Shown here one piece after another: positions 8,980-18,620 of a stretch of DNA of 64,000 bases. Every line of letters starts with the position of its first letter. The stretch's first letter is position 1. The DNA is from a virus (lineage: Duplodnaviria; Caudoviricetes): positions 32,001 through 96,000 of the IMG/VR virus record IMGVR_UViG_3300031555_004942. One strand, written 5' to 3'. Made by a program: the position numbers and the translations under genes. The notes under the pieces are model-generated. The model had not been told where the DNA came from. It searched no databases and saw only the letters and a list, made by a program, of their open reading frames with translations.

Positions 8980-9465
8980 TTATTTTCTTTTTCTTTTATT
9001 TCTTTTGTCATAGTATTCAGCTTCCTTTCTTCGAGATATTATGTTTTTTAATTTTTTTATACCTCTTTCTTTTCTTTTTTTAAGTACATTAAGATTTTCA
9101 TATGATAAGAATTTTTTTATTTCGCTCATAGAAAAACCCATATAATATAGCTTTAGAACTCCTTGATAATAAAAAGGAAGTTCATCTATATCTTGAAAGA
9201 TATTCTGAATATTTTCATATTCAATAATTATATCTTCTGGATTTATAAATATCCATTCAGATATATAAACTTCTTTTATGTTCATTTTAGATTTATCATA
9301 AAATTTAATACATAAATTTAAGAGATTGTCAAATGATAAATCATTTGTTTCTAAAGCTTCAAGATATGTCTCTTGGACAATATCTTCGGCTAACTGTATA
9401 GAACATCCTAATGATAAAATCATATTAATTAAAAATGTTCTTTCTTCTTCAGTAACTATATACAT
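8980..9465 (-). CDS. ECF-type sigma-factor-like protein
   Basis: Region 2 motif AEDIVQETYL; region 4-like IDELP..YQGVLKLYY.GFSMSEI; ATG 9465 after AAGGAG. Confidence 0.7.
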   Translation of the reverse strand: MYIVTEEERTFLINMILSLGCSIQLAEDIVQETYLEALETNDLSFDNLLNLCIKFYDKSKMNIKEVYISEWIFINPEDIIIEYENIQNIFQDIDELPFYYQGVLKLYYMGFSMSEIKKFLSYENLNVLKKRKERGIKKLKNIISRRKEAEYYDKRNKRKRK

Positions 9466-9466
9466 T

Positions 9467-9808
9467 TTAATATCTCCTTTTAATCTCTTGCAGATATGTT
9501 GAATCATCAACATGATCTTTTAATTCAATTTTTTGCAGATATTCTTTAGGATTTGATGCATTTACAGTATAATCCTGTTTATCAAATTTTAATTCATTAA
9601 AAGATACTTTTATAATAGTATCTTCTATATACTCTCCTGAATTGAGAGCATAAAAATCGTATGTTTCTCCATTTGGATGTAACACAGTTATTACTTTATC
9701 ATGTTCTTGAGTTACTCTACAATACCGAATTGTATGAGCTTTACTATACATTGCATAACTTAATCCTATTACTGCCACTAAACCTATAATTACTAAAATT
9801 TTTTTCAT
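9467..9808 (-). CDS. membrane-anchored or exported small protein
   Basis: MKK followed by hydrophobic signal-like N-terminus. Confidence 0.7.
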   Translation of the reverse strand: MKKILVIIGLVAVIGLSYAMYSKAHTIRYCRVTQEHDKVITVLHPNGETYDFYALNSGEYIEDTIIKVSFNELKFDKQDYTVNASNPKEYLQKIELKDHVDDSTYLQEIKRRY

Positions 9809-9944
9809 ATCAATTACCTACCTTTCTTTCTCTTTTGAGCATAAGAAGATATGAGTTTGAACTCATGCAGAGAATAAATATTTTTTAGAGTATAATTAAA
9901 TACTCAAAGAAAGAGAGAGGAATATTTCTATTCCTCTCTAACTT

Positions 9945-10175
9945 TCAGTATTTAACTGAATATTCCTCTTCAATGAAGTCTTCGACCATATCTTTAAAAT
10001 GGTCTGAATTAATAGAATCTGCTTTATTTAGTATATTGCAGAATTCATTAATTCTTTGCTCAGAAGAAGTTAAATCTTTATATTCTTCACTTCCTCTTTT
10101 TATCCCATACCGAAGATATGTATTACCTTCGATGGTAATATTATTTTTAATTACCTCAAATTTTTCTTTTGCCAT
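9945..10175 (-). CDS. small protein resembling DUF6514 family
   Basis: YGI...DLTS....INEFCNILN...I...HFKDMVEDF pattern. Confidence 0.55.
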   Translation of the reverse strand: MAKEKFEVIKNNITIEGNTYLRYGIKRGSEEYKDLTSSEQRINEFCNILNKADSINSDHFKDMVEDFIEEEYSVKY

Positions 10176-10324
10176 GATTTGTCATTCCTTTCGAACTTAC
10201 GTACCCATCTCGTAAGACTATGACATGACACATAGTTTTATTTTTTTCTTTTGGGTGTGAGATATTAAATATCTCTATAAAGATACAACTTATGTTATAC
10301 CTTTATAGAGGCATTTAAGCCTCT

Positions 10325-10462
10325 TTACCAATTTAATGTTGTTGCAGTCATAAGACCCCATATCAACATAAATTCAGTAGTAATAAATAAAAGAATAGAG
10401 ATTCTTATATTATCTCTTCTTTCTTTAGCTCTTTTTATTTTGTTAATTCTTATATTCGTCAT
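10325..10462 (-). CDS. 45-aa membrane peptide MTNIRINKIKRAKERRDNIRISILLFITTEFMLIWGLMTATTLNW
   Basis: Manual translation; GGAGG RBS; shares LIxGLMTATTL with 6252-6437. Confidence 0.7.
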   Translation of the reverse strand: MTNIRINKIKRAKERRDNIRISILLFITTEFMLIWGLMTATTLNW

Positions 10463-10495
10463 TGTTTTTTTCCTCCGTTTTAAGTTTTATTATAT

Positions 10496-10951
10496 TTATG
10501 CTACTGATTTTAATATATTTAAACTCTTTGTTAGTTCGTTAATGATTTGATTATTGTTAGAATATCTCAATATATTTCTTATTATCTTTTGTGCATATTT
10601 AATTTCAAAGCTTGTTGATTTGTTAGAAAAAGCATTATTAATAATTCTTTCGCCTATTGCATCAACATGAATATTTAAAGAATTTGCAGAATTAAGATAT
10701 TGTATAAGGTAAACTCTACCCCAATATAAAGAATTATCTTTGCCATTTGTCTTTTCGTTTATTTTTGAAGATGCTTTATAAATACGATTCATTTCAAGTG
10801 TTGATTTGATGGAGTTTTTGTTTCGATATTCGTTCATAACATTTAAAAAATTTTCAATGTCTGCTTTGTGGTTTTTAGTATTAAATTTTACTGACAATTT
10901 AATTGATATTGTCTTAATTGTGTTTACGATAATGTTGATGATTTTTTTCAT
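10496..10951 (-). CDS. basic hypothetical protein
   Basis: Likely start ATG 10951 after AAAGGA. Confidence 0.65.
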   Translation of the reverse strand: MKKIINIIVNTIKTISIKLSVKFNTKNHKADIENFLNVMNEYRNKNSIKSTLEMNRIYKASSKINEKTNGKDNSLYWGRVYLIQYLNSANSLNIHVDAIGERIINNAFSNKSTSFEIKYAQKIIRNILRYSNNNQIINELTKSLNILKSVA

Positions 10952-11277
10952 AATATTTCCTTTCTTTCTCTTTCGAGATGACAACTTTTTCATTAATTAG
11001 GTTGATGTCAAGCAACCATTTTTTTGTTTAATCATGAATACATAAACATTTAATTTACATATTCGTTTTTTATTTTTTTATATATAATATTAATATTGGG
11101 TTATTTTCCAACTCCAAAATTAAAAATTTAAAAAATTCAAAAAAATTTTTTCAGCAAAAAATCCAAAAACCCAAATTTCAAACTTAAAAAAAAAACAAAA
11201 AAATTTTTCACCCTATTCAAAGTGGTAACAAAAAAAAGAGACTCAAGTTTTCACTCAAGTCTCTCAAATCTTTAACT

Positions 11278-11907
11278 TTATTCTTCCTTTTCGAAATCAT
11301 TCATTACATTATCCTGATAATTATTAGGAATAGTATGAACTGAATTATTTTCAGCAGTTGTATAACCTGTAATTTTAATACCATACACCTCATTTTGTTT
11401 AAAACCAGTACTATTAGGATTATTAACAAGATTATTCACAACTAATTTCTTTTCAGTCTTAGGTTTTCTTTTAGCTTTTTTAGGTTTATCTTTTTCAACA
11501 GGTTTTAAAGAATCTAAGAATCTATCCAACATATAATAATCACCAGTAATTTCAGCTTTATAAATTTCTCTATTAATCAATTCTGAATATTCATTAATGA
11601 TACAAGGGTCATTATATTTTTCATTTTTTCTATTTTTAGCATAAAGTTGTCCATCAATAGAAGTAAGAAGATTAATGCCTTCATTCCAAAGTTTACTTCT
11701 TAGCATTTTAAATGCATAATGAGGGTGTGTATTTGTTTTAAATAAGTTTTCAAAATCAAGAAGTACAAAATAATCATTATCTGAAGATAAAGCACTTATT
11801 ATTTCATCAAAAATTTCATATTTACCATCAGTATACCATTGTTCATTAAACAATTCTTCAAAATCTTTTTCCATTTCTTTTTTAGTAATCAATTCATCTT
11901 TAAGCAT
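11278..11907 (-). CDS. hypothetical protein
   Basis: 209-aa ORF with its own promoter and RBS. Confidence 0.75.
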   Translation of the reverse strand: MLKDELITKKEMEKDFEELFNEQWYTDGKYEIFDEIISALSSDNDYFVLLDFENLFKTNTHPHYAFKMLRSKLWNEGINLLTSIDGQLYAKNRKNEKYNDPCIINEYSELINREIYKAEITGDYYMLDRFLDSLKPVEKDKPKKAKRKPKTEKKLVVNNLVNNPNSTGFKQNEVYGIKITGYTTAENNSVHTIPNNYQDNVMNDFEKEE

Positions 11908-11964
11908 ATGTATGCTCCTTTCTTTTTTAATATGTATAGTAAGATATATTTATATCTCAAAGTA

Positions 11965-11993
11965 ATTATAACATATAAAACAATAAATGTCAA
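11965..11993 (-). promoter_or_regulatory. sigmaA promoter for 11278-11907
   Basis: TTGACA-17-TATAAT on minus strand; nearly identical to 13010-13038. Confidence 0.85.
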
Positions 11994-12033
11994 TAGTTAT
12001 TTAAAATATTTTTATTTTTTATTCTTTTTATTT

Positions 12034-12741
12034 TTATTCTTTTAAATTGGTTTTCATAGAATCTATATAAGTTTTTAATAAATCTTCATTTATTGGTTGC
12101 AAAGTATAAATAAGGGGATAATTTTTTACTATTCCATTTTTAGTAATATAAGTCCCAAGGTTATAAGTATAAATCAAATTCATATCTTTAAGGATTGCGA
12201 TTGTATTTAAAATACTTTGTTTAGAGAGTTTAGAGTAATCATGTAAATTTTCTAAAGAAGGATAACCATAAGGGATATTTTCCTCATGAAAGTTCATAAA
12301 TTTTTTAATAATCAAATATAGATAGATAGTATTATCAATATAAGATTTTGTTTTAGATTTATTATTCAAATAATAATTTAAGATAGTATTAATTTCAGAA
12401 TCCTCAAGAATAACGAAATTAGATTTAAAATTTATACAAACAGGGATATTATTTTCTTTTATAAATTTAAGAGTATAAATAGATTGTTTATTATTAGAAT
12501 TTTCATTTATCAAAGAAATAGAATTATTAGTAATCATTTTATGTAAAGAAGATTTAAAAATAGTATTAATCCCATTTTCTTTAGTAGAAGGAGAATATCC
12601 ATAATATTTAACCAAATTATTAATATCAAGATATATATATCCATTTCTACATTCAGTAGCATAAAGATACCAAGTCAACATAATATCTTTTTTAGAATTA
12701 GGATTAGTCAAAGAAGATTTATCAATTTTAATATAAAACAC
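12034..12741 (-). CDS. winged-HTH DNA-binding / replication-initiator-like protein
   Basis: C-terminal YPSLENLHDYSKLSKQSILNTIAILKDMNLI resembles the HTH of phage replication initiators. Confidence 0.55.
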   Translation of the reverse strand: MFYIKIDKSSLTNPNSKKDIMLTWYLYATECRNGYIYLDINNLVKYYGYSPSTKENGINTIFKSSLHKMITNNSISLINENSNNKQSIYTLKFIKENNIPVCINFKSNFVILEDSEINTILNYYLNNKSKTKSYIDNTIYLYLIIKKFMNFHEENIPYGYPSLENLHDYSKLSKQSILNTIAILKDMNLIYTYNLGTYITKNGIVKNYPLIYTLQPINEDLLKTYIDSMKTNLKE

Positions 12742-12885
12742 AATAGCACCTCATTTATTTTTATTATTATTTTTATTTTGATTTTTAGAGATTAAACAAC
12801 TGACCTTTAAGCGAAGCGAAAGGTATTCATAATATTATTAAAGGATCTTTTATTATTAAATGGATCATATATATTATTACGGTCT

Positions 12886-13000
12886 AGTTTTACCCCAAAA
12901 AATCGGGAACTTTTTCAATGTTTTTAAAAAGATCCCTAAAAAAACAGGGAACTTTTTTTATTTTCGTAAAAAGTTACCCAAAAAAAACGGGAACTTTTTC
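12886..13000. repeat. three 42-bp-spaced palindromic direct repeats (iteron- or operator-like)
   Basis: CCC-A tract-GGGAACTTTTT with GGGAAC at 12905, 12947 and 12989. Confidence 0.8.
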
Positions 13001-13009
13001 ATTAAACAG

Positions 13010-13038
13010 ATTATAACATATAAAAAAACAAATGTCAA
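13010..13038 (-). promoter_or_regulatory. sigmaA promoter, leftward (HTH gene)
   Basis: TTGACA-17-TATAAT. Confidence 0.85.
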
Positions 13039-13078
13039 GTCTAAAAAAAATATTTTTTAAAAAATAAAACAAAAAGAC

Positions 13079-13107
13079 TTGACAAAAATACAAATAGATG
13101 ATATAAT
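13079..13107 (+). promoter_or_regulatory. sigmaA promoter, rightward (operon containing YonO-like RNAP)
   Basis: TTGACA-17-TATAAT with extended -10 TG. Confidence 0.85.
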
Positions 13108-13176
13108 AAAATCAGTTAATGATAAAGTAATATTATAATAATCATTAACAATGCAATAATGGAAGGAGGAGGGGTA

Positions 13177-13773
13177 ATGAATGAGGAATCTAACACAAGA
13201 CCAAACTTGTACATAGATATAGACAGTACAATCATAAATACAGCAGAGACATTTATAGATATGTATTGTAAGAAAAAAGGAATAAAAAAGAATTTTTATG
13301 ACCTAAAAGATTGGAAGTTCAGAAGTATAGATAGAAATATAAATGTAAAAGAATTTTTAAATTATATAGAAACAGAAGAATTTTTTAATAAAGTACAATT
13401 TTATGATGATTTTTTAAGATTTTATGTAAAATATGGAGACAAGTTTAATTTTATTTTTGTAACTATAGGAAGTAAAAAGAATTTAGAGTTAAAGAAAAAG
13501 TTTATATTTAGAAGTTTACCAACGATAGAAAATGTAAAATATATTGGATTAGAAAACAATAAAAATGATATAGATATGAGTAATGGAATACAAATAGATG
13601 ATAAATATGACAATTTAAATACTAATGCAAAGTTAAAGATATTACAAAAAAATAATATTGAAACAGATTATAATCAAGTAAAAGAATATAGAGATGATTT
13701 ATATATAATGCAAGATTGGAAACAAATTAGTGAAAGTTTAGAATTTATATTAAGAAACAAAGAATTATTTTAA
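13177..13773 (+). CDS. HAD-family 5'(3')-deoxyribonucleotidase-like protein
   Basis: YIDIDSTI (DxD motif I) and IDD (motif IV). Confidence 0.7.
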   Translation: MNEESNTRPNLYIDIDSTIINTAETFIDMYCKKKGIKKNFYDLKDWKFRSIDRNINVKEFLNYIETEEFFNKVQFYDDFLRFYVKYGDKFNFIFVTIGSKKNLELKKKFIFRSLPTIENVKYIGLENNKNDIDMSNGIQIDDKYDNLNTNAKLKILQKNNIETDYNQVKEYRDDLYIMQDWKQISESLEFILRNKELF

Positions 13774-13796
13774 TAAAAAAGAAAGGGTGAATTCAT

Positions 13797-14198
13797 ATGA
13801 ATAATGGATTAACACAATATCAGCAGTTAATGCAAATCAAGGGAATGAATAGAGCTGAAAAAAGAAAATTAGCAAAGAAGCTAAAAATGTCTTATACTGA
13901 TTTAGTAAATTCATTAAATTTTGAAATTGCGGATATAACTGTAGAAGAACTCCCAGAGGGAACGTTAGTAAAACTTAAAACAGATAGGATTTTAGATAAA
14001 AAACAAGAATTAAGTGAAACGTACATAAAATGGGTAGAAGATAATCGAGATAAAGTGTTTACATGTGAGAAAGATCCAAGTTTAGGAGATGATTCTAAGA
14101 GAGTTGTTCTCAAAGAAGATGAAACTGAACCAAAATGGATATTCCATGTTAGTGATTTAGAATTAGTGTTAGACGAGAAAGAAATATTCAATCAATAA
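13797..14198 (+). CDS. hypothetical protein (NRxExR motif)
   Basis: 133-aa ORF with RBS. Confidence 0.7.
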   Translation: MNNGLTQYQQLMQIKGMNRAEKRKLAKKLKMSYTDLVNSLNFEIADITVEELPEGTLVKLKTDRILDKKQELSETYIKWVEDNRDKVFTCEKDPSLGDDSKRVVLKEDETEPKWIFHVSDLELVLDEKEIFNQ

Positions 14199-14216
14199 AA
14201 GATTGGAGTGTATTTA

Positions 14217-17117
14217 ATGCCTAACAGATTATTTTATACAGCAAAATTTGATAGTGATTATATTATTTATTGTAAGTCTGATATAAGAGCAAATTTTTTT
14301 GAATTATTTAGGGCAGGAAATATTATATCTTTAGCAGATTCCCAGATGTTAAAAACCATAAGGCAACTTACAAATCATATTGTTGATTTAAATAAAATAG
14401 AACAGTGGTATGAAGAGCGAGATAGAATAAAAAAGAGAGCAAATTCAAAAGAAAATCGAGAGAGAATCAGAAAATTACAAAAAAATATATATGATATGAT
14501 GTATATCCCTGAATACATAACAGTTGTAATAAATAATGCTAAACATTATGAAAAATTTTTCAAAAAGGGATTTTATTTCAATGGAGAAAAGTATACGAGG
14601 TTTTCATGTTCTGCTTCACAAGCAAGAGTTTCTACTGTTGTATTTATAAAAGATAGTTTAAAAGAACAGATGAAGGAAATATTGGATAATGGAAGAAAAT
14701 TAGATAAAGCTATTGCACCGAGCAAATATAATGCATATTTTGGATTATATTCATCAGCAATAAAAGAAGTAACAGCTCCTAGATTTTGTATAATACCTGA
14801 TTTTTGTGAAACAGATAAAGTTATAGTTGATTATATTATTACAACAGATGATTATTCAGATGATATTGTAGAAGAAAGACAAATAGAAGTAGAATTTAAC
14901 AGATTTGATGGAGGAGGATTAATAACTCCTCAAATGGCTGAACAATGGAGTAAAGATATAGGAATTTATTTTCCTGAAGAAGAAAAAGAGGAAAAAAGAG
15001 GATATATTGCTTGTCAATTCTGTATAAGACAAAGTTTTGCAAAAGGTATGTTGAATGTTTTTGAAACAGAATTATTTTGTAGAGAAAAAAATAATGGAAA
15101 TTACATAGTAAAAGATATCTATGGGAAAGATGTAGATTTAAGAGAAATAGATGTTATTTTAACAGAAGGACAAGTTAAATTATGGGATTCTTTTGGATAT
15201 GAAGATGAAGAAGGTAATTGGATTCCTTCTCAGGAAGTATATGAAAACAATATAAAGAAAAATAATATTGTTTGGGGTGTAACCAGATTTACTCCAGAAG
15301 AAGATGATAAGACATTAATAACAAATTATCAATTTTTACAAACATTAAAAATGTCTGATGAAGATATAAAAGAGTTATGTCAAACTACTGTTGATTATAT
15401 TACAGGAGTTACTAATGAAGATTATAATTATGCTTTATTATTTATGCTTGGAGAAAGTATGAATGAGAGAAAGATGCAAAATTATATGAAATCAAGCGAT
15501 AATTATTGGTTAAAAAGTTTAATTTGTAATCCTGATTTATTTAATGATAAATACACTAAAGAGAAGATACGTGATTGTATAAAAAGAAGAATTGAACAAG
15601 CATGTATTGGTAAGATAATGGTTGAAGGAAACTTTCAAGTAATTATTCCTGACAGTTATGCTTTAATGGAATGGGTTTGTTATAGAGACTCAAATAGAGT
15701 TAAAGGATTATTAAGAGCAGGAGAATGTTATAGTAAGTTTTGGAAAGATAGAGATAGTAAGACCATATTATCTCAGAGAAGTCCATTAACACATTTTAGT
15801 GAATGTCATTTATTAAATGTTGTTTGGAATGAAGAAATTGAAAAATGGTTTAAATATAGTTATACTGGTTTTTATATTAATACTCATGATGATAGTACTA
15901 TGAGATGGGCGGGTGCGGATTTCGATTATGACATTGTTGCAAGTACTAATAATCCAGTAATGATTAGAAGTGTTTACAAAAACCAAAAACCAGTAACATA
16001 TGATATTCCAAAACCTTTTAAAAAAGTATTTACAGAAGAAGATTTATATATAGCAGATGTAAAGACATTTGGTTCATTAATAGGACCTTTAACAAATAGA
16101 GGTACAAGCATTGTTGCTTTAATTTCGGAATATAAACAACGATTTGATAAATCAGGATTAGATGGAGATAAGAAAAAATTAGAACTTTTACATAATCGTC
16201 TAAAAATGGTATGTGCAAGTCAGAGTAGGCAGATAGACAAAGCTAAGATTGGCAAAGAAGTAAAAGGAATTCCAAAAATTTGGACAAATTATCAGCATAT
16301 TAGTATAGAAGATTCTGATGAAGAGAAAAAAAATAAGGAATTTTATAATAGTCTTTTATGTGATAAGAAACCATATTTCTTTAAATATGTTTATAAAACA
16401 GAAAATAAAAAATACAATCAATATTGTAAAAAAGTTGATTTAAGATGTTATAGTTTGTTTGATATTACATTAAAAGAATTATTATCAAAAGAGGATAAAA
16501 CAGAAGCTCAAGAAGAATTTATCAGATCATTTAAGGATAAAAATGGATTTATAAATTCAGAATGTGAAATGAATAAAATATGTTGGTATATAGAAAATGT
16601 TTTTAAAGATATAAATAAAAAAGTAAGAGATGGTTCATCTTTTGATTATACATATTTTATAACTGATGAAATTGAATTTGATAAGCACAAATATAATCAA
16701 ATTAAAGAATTTTTAAACTTATGTTTAAGTAAAAAAAGAGACAGTATTGGTCAGAAAAACAAGAAAGTTTTTTCAGAAGAGAAACTTATAAATAATAATT
16801 CTGACAAATCTGATGATAAAAATACATGGGTACAAGATATAAAGAATGAATTATATCAAAAATATTGTTCTAATGGATATGAATTAACTAATTATTTAAT
16901 TAAATTTTTCTATGAAGATAAGAAGAATTTTAGCAAAAATACCTTATGGAAAATATGTGGAGATGTTTTATATAATATATCTTTAGAAAAAAGTAATGGA
17001 AATATAACAATACCTATCAAAGATCAAAATGGAGATATAGAATTTTGGTTTGATAAGTTTTCTGTACAAAACATTATTTTAGAAAAGGAGAAAGAATCAG
17101 ATGATAAAAATATTTGA
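14217..17117 (+). CDS. YonO-like single-subunit DNA-dependent RNA polymerase (two-barrel, RdRP-like)
   Basis: FDGGG, QFCIR..FAKG, QRSP, GADFDYD, IGPLTN and QIDKAK motifs; SPbeta-like gene context. Confidence 0.85.
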   Translation: MPNRLFYTAKFDSDYIIYCKSDIRANFFELFRAGNIISLADSQMLKTIRQLTNHIVDLNKIEQWYEERDRIKKRANSKENRERIRKLQKNIYDMMYIPEYITVVINNAKHYEKFFKKGFYFNGEKYTRFSCSASQARVSTVVFIKDSLKEQMKEILDNGRKLDKAIAPSKYNAYFGLYSSAIKEVTAPRFCIIPDFCETDKVIVDYIITTDDYSDDIVEERQIEVEFNRFDGGGLITPQMAEQWSKDIGIYFPEEEKEEKRGYIACQFCIRQSFAKGMLNVFETELFCREKNNGNYIVKDIYGKDVDLREIDVILTEGQVKLWDSFGYEDEEGNWIPSQEVYENNIKKNNIVWGVTRFTPEEDDKTLITNYQFLQTLKMSDEDIKELCQTTVDYITGVTNEDYNYALLFMLGESMNERKMQNYMKSSDNYWLKSLICNPDLFNDKYTKEKIRDCIKRRIEQACIGKIMVEGNFQVIIPDSYALMEWVCYRDSNRVKGLLRAGECYSKFWKDRDSKTILSQRSPLTHFSECHLLNVVWNEEIEKWFKYSYTGFYINTHDDSTMRWAGADFDYDIVASTNNPVMIRSVYKNQKPVTYDIPKPFKKVFTEEDLYIADVKTFGSLIGPLTNRGTSIVALISEYKQRFDKSGLDGDKKKLELLHNRLKMVCASQSRQIDKAKIGKEVKGIPKIWTNYQHISIEDSDEEKKNKEFYNSLLCDKKPYFFKYVYKTENKKYNQYCKKVDLRCYSLFDITLKELLSKEDKTEAQEEFIRSFKDKNGFINSECEMNKICWYIENVFKDINKKVRDGSSFDYTYFITDEIEFDKHKYNQIKEFLNLCLSKKRDSIGQKNKKVFSEEKLINNNSDKSDDKNTWVQDIKNELYQKYCSNGYELTNYLIKFFYEDKKNFSKNTLWKICGDVLYNISLEKSNGNITIPIKDQNGDIEFWFDKFSVQNIILEKEKESDDKNI

Positions 17118-18057
17118 TGAAAAAGCTTATATAGATATATATATAAAACAAGGGTTTAAAAATTTACATTCATGGACTAGAGATGCTATATTATATGTAA
17201 GATGGCTTAAACTTCCTTACGAACAAGGAGGTTGTGGTAGAGAGTTATCTAAAAAAGAATGTAAAGAAGAATTAATTAGAATTTGTAAAAAAAGTATTCC
17301 ATTATTTAATGAAATGTCAGATTATAAAAAAATTGAAAATATTATAAAAAAAGCATGGGCAAATAAAGAACCACTATTACAAGTAAAAAATATACGTATT
17401 AGTCATACATTATTTTCATGGTTTAAAAAACAAGGATTGAAAAAAAATGAATTAAAATTATTATTTACTTTATATGTGGGATATTTAATCAAGAAAAACA
17501 ATTTAAAGATTAAAGATGCTACATGGTTTGGGCAGATAACAGACAGGGAGTTTTTAAGAAGTAACTCAAACATATCAAGTAGTTTTTCTATTAAAAAAGC
17601 ATTAAATTCATTTAGGGATAAAGGGTTAATTGATTTAAGAGGAGAATATTTTTCTATAATTTTTATTAATCGTGAGGATTTTAAGGTTTGTGAAAATAAT
17701 GTTAGTAATTTAGAAACTCTAACAGGATATGATTTAGAAAACATAGGGGAAGCCTTATATAAATTTTATGACAATTATAGATATTGTGATGATTGTGGAA
17801 GATTAATTGATAAGACAAAATCCACGAATAAAAAATATTGTGAAGAATGTGCTAAGTTACATAAATATAAGCCTCAAGGGACTAAAGTTGTAACATGTAA
17901 AGATTGTGAACGTCAATTTGAAACATCTGCAAAAAACAATAAAGAAGAATACAGATGTGAAGAGTGTTACAAAAAACATAGACGAAAGAAAAAAGCTGAA
18001 ACTATGAGAAAATTACGAGAAAAAAAGCCTATGTGGTCAGGACAAATGGAAAGTTGA
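17101..18057 (+). CDS. Zn-ribbon protein overlapping the RNAP gene end (possible transcription factor)
   Basis: Four CxxC pairs at C-terminus; overlaps RNAP stop codon. Confidence 0.65.
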   Translation: MIKIFDEKAYIDIYIKQGFKNLHSWTRDAILYVRWLKLPYEQGGCGRELSKKECKEELIRICKKSIPLFNEMSDYKKIENIIKKAWANKEPLLQVKNIRISHTLFSWFKKQGLKKNELKLLFTLYVGYLIKKNNLKIKDATWFGQITDREFLRSNSNISSSFSIKKALNSFRDKGLIDLRGEYFSIIFINREDFKVCENNVSNLETLTGYDLENIGEALYKFYDNYRYCDDCGRLIDKTKSTNKKYCEECAKLHKYKPQGTKVVTCKDCERQFETSAKNNKEEYRCEECYKKHRRKKKAETMRKLREKKPMWSGQMES

Positions 18058-18272
18058 AATGATTTTTTATAAGGTTTTTTTGCTGATGTTTATTAGAAAA
18101 AAAGGGATCGAAAAAAATAAAAAGTCGAGATTTCATTTATGGAAGAGAATATAGTTCTCATAAATAAAATAATTAAGATAAATTATATATTTATCGAATG
18201 AAGCGTAACATTTCAACACTAAATAAAAAAAAATTATTAAAGGGACTTTATAAGTCGAAAGGAGAAATTAAA

Positions 18273-18542
18273 ATGAAAAGAGAAGATATGATTAGAAGAA
18301 TTGCTCAGAGAGCTAACATGACACAGAAGGAAATCCTTCCTATTTTGGAGGTAATTGAAGATGAAACACTTTTTGCGATTTCTAATGAAGAAGAAATGCC
18401 ATTTAAATTTGGAAAAATTGGTGGCAAGACAGTTCCTGCAAGAAATGGAGTAAATCCAAAGACAGGAGAAAAGATTAAGATTGAAGAAAAGAGAGGATAT
18501 CCTTATTTCAAGGCATCATCAAAAGCGAAAGGCAAGAACTAA
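18273..18542 (+). CDS. HU/IHF-family DNA-binding protein
   Basis: FGK...PARNGVNPKTGEKIKI...PYFKAS. Confidence 0.9.
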   Translation: MKREDMIRRIAQRANMTQKEILPILEVIEDETLFAISNEEEMPFKFGKIGGKTVPARNGVNPKTGEKIKIEEKRGYPYFKASSKAKGKN

Positions 18543-18580
18543 TTGATGATAGAGTGAAGGAGTTTAATCTCAGATAATTA

Positions 18581-18620
18581 GAATAAGATGAGAGGAAGTA
18601 AGACACTTCCTCTCTATTTA
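18581..18620 (+). terminator. hairpin, probable terminator after HU
   Basis: AGAGGAAGT/ACTTCCTCT stem. Confidence 0.5.

Noticed and set aside
12886-13000. Possible mini-CRISPR array
   Set aside because: 42-bp period leaves no unique spacer-length sequence, and no cas genes are present; better explained as iterons or operators
14217-17117. Eukaryotic-type RNA-dependent RNA polymerase
   Set aside because: The motifs are shared with YonO, which is a DNA-dependent phage RNAP, and the context is a dsDNA phage
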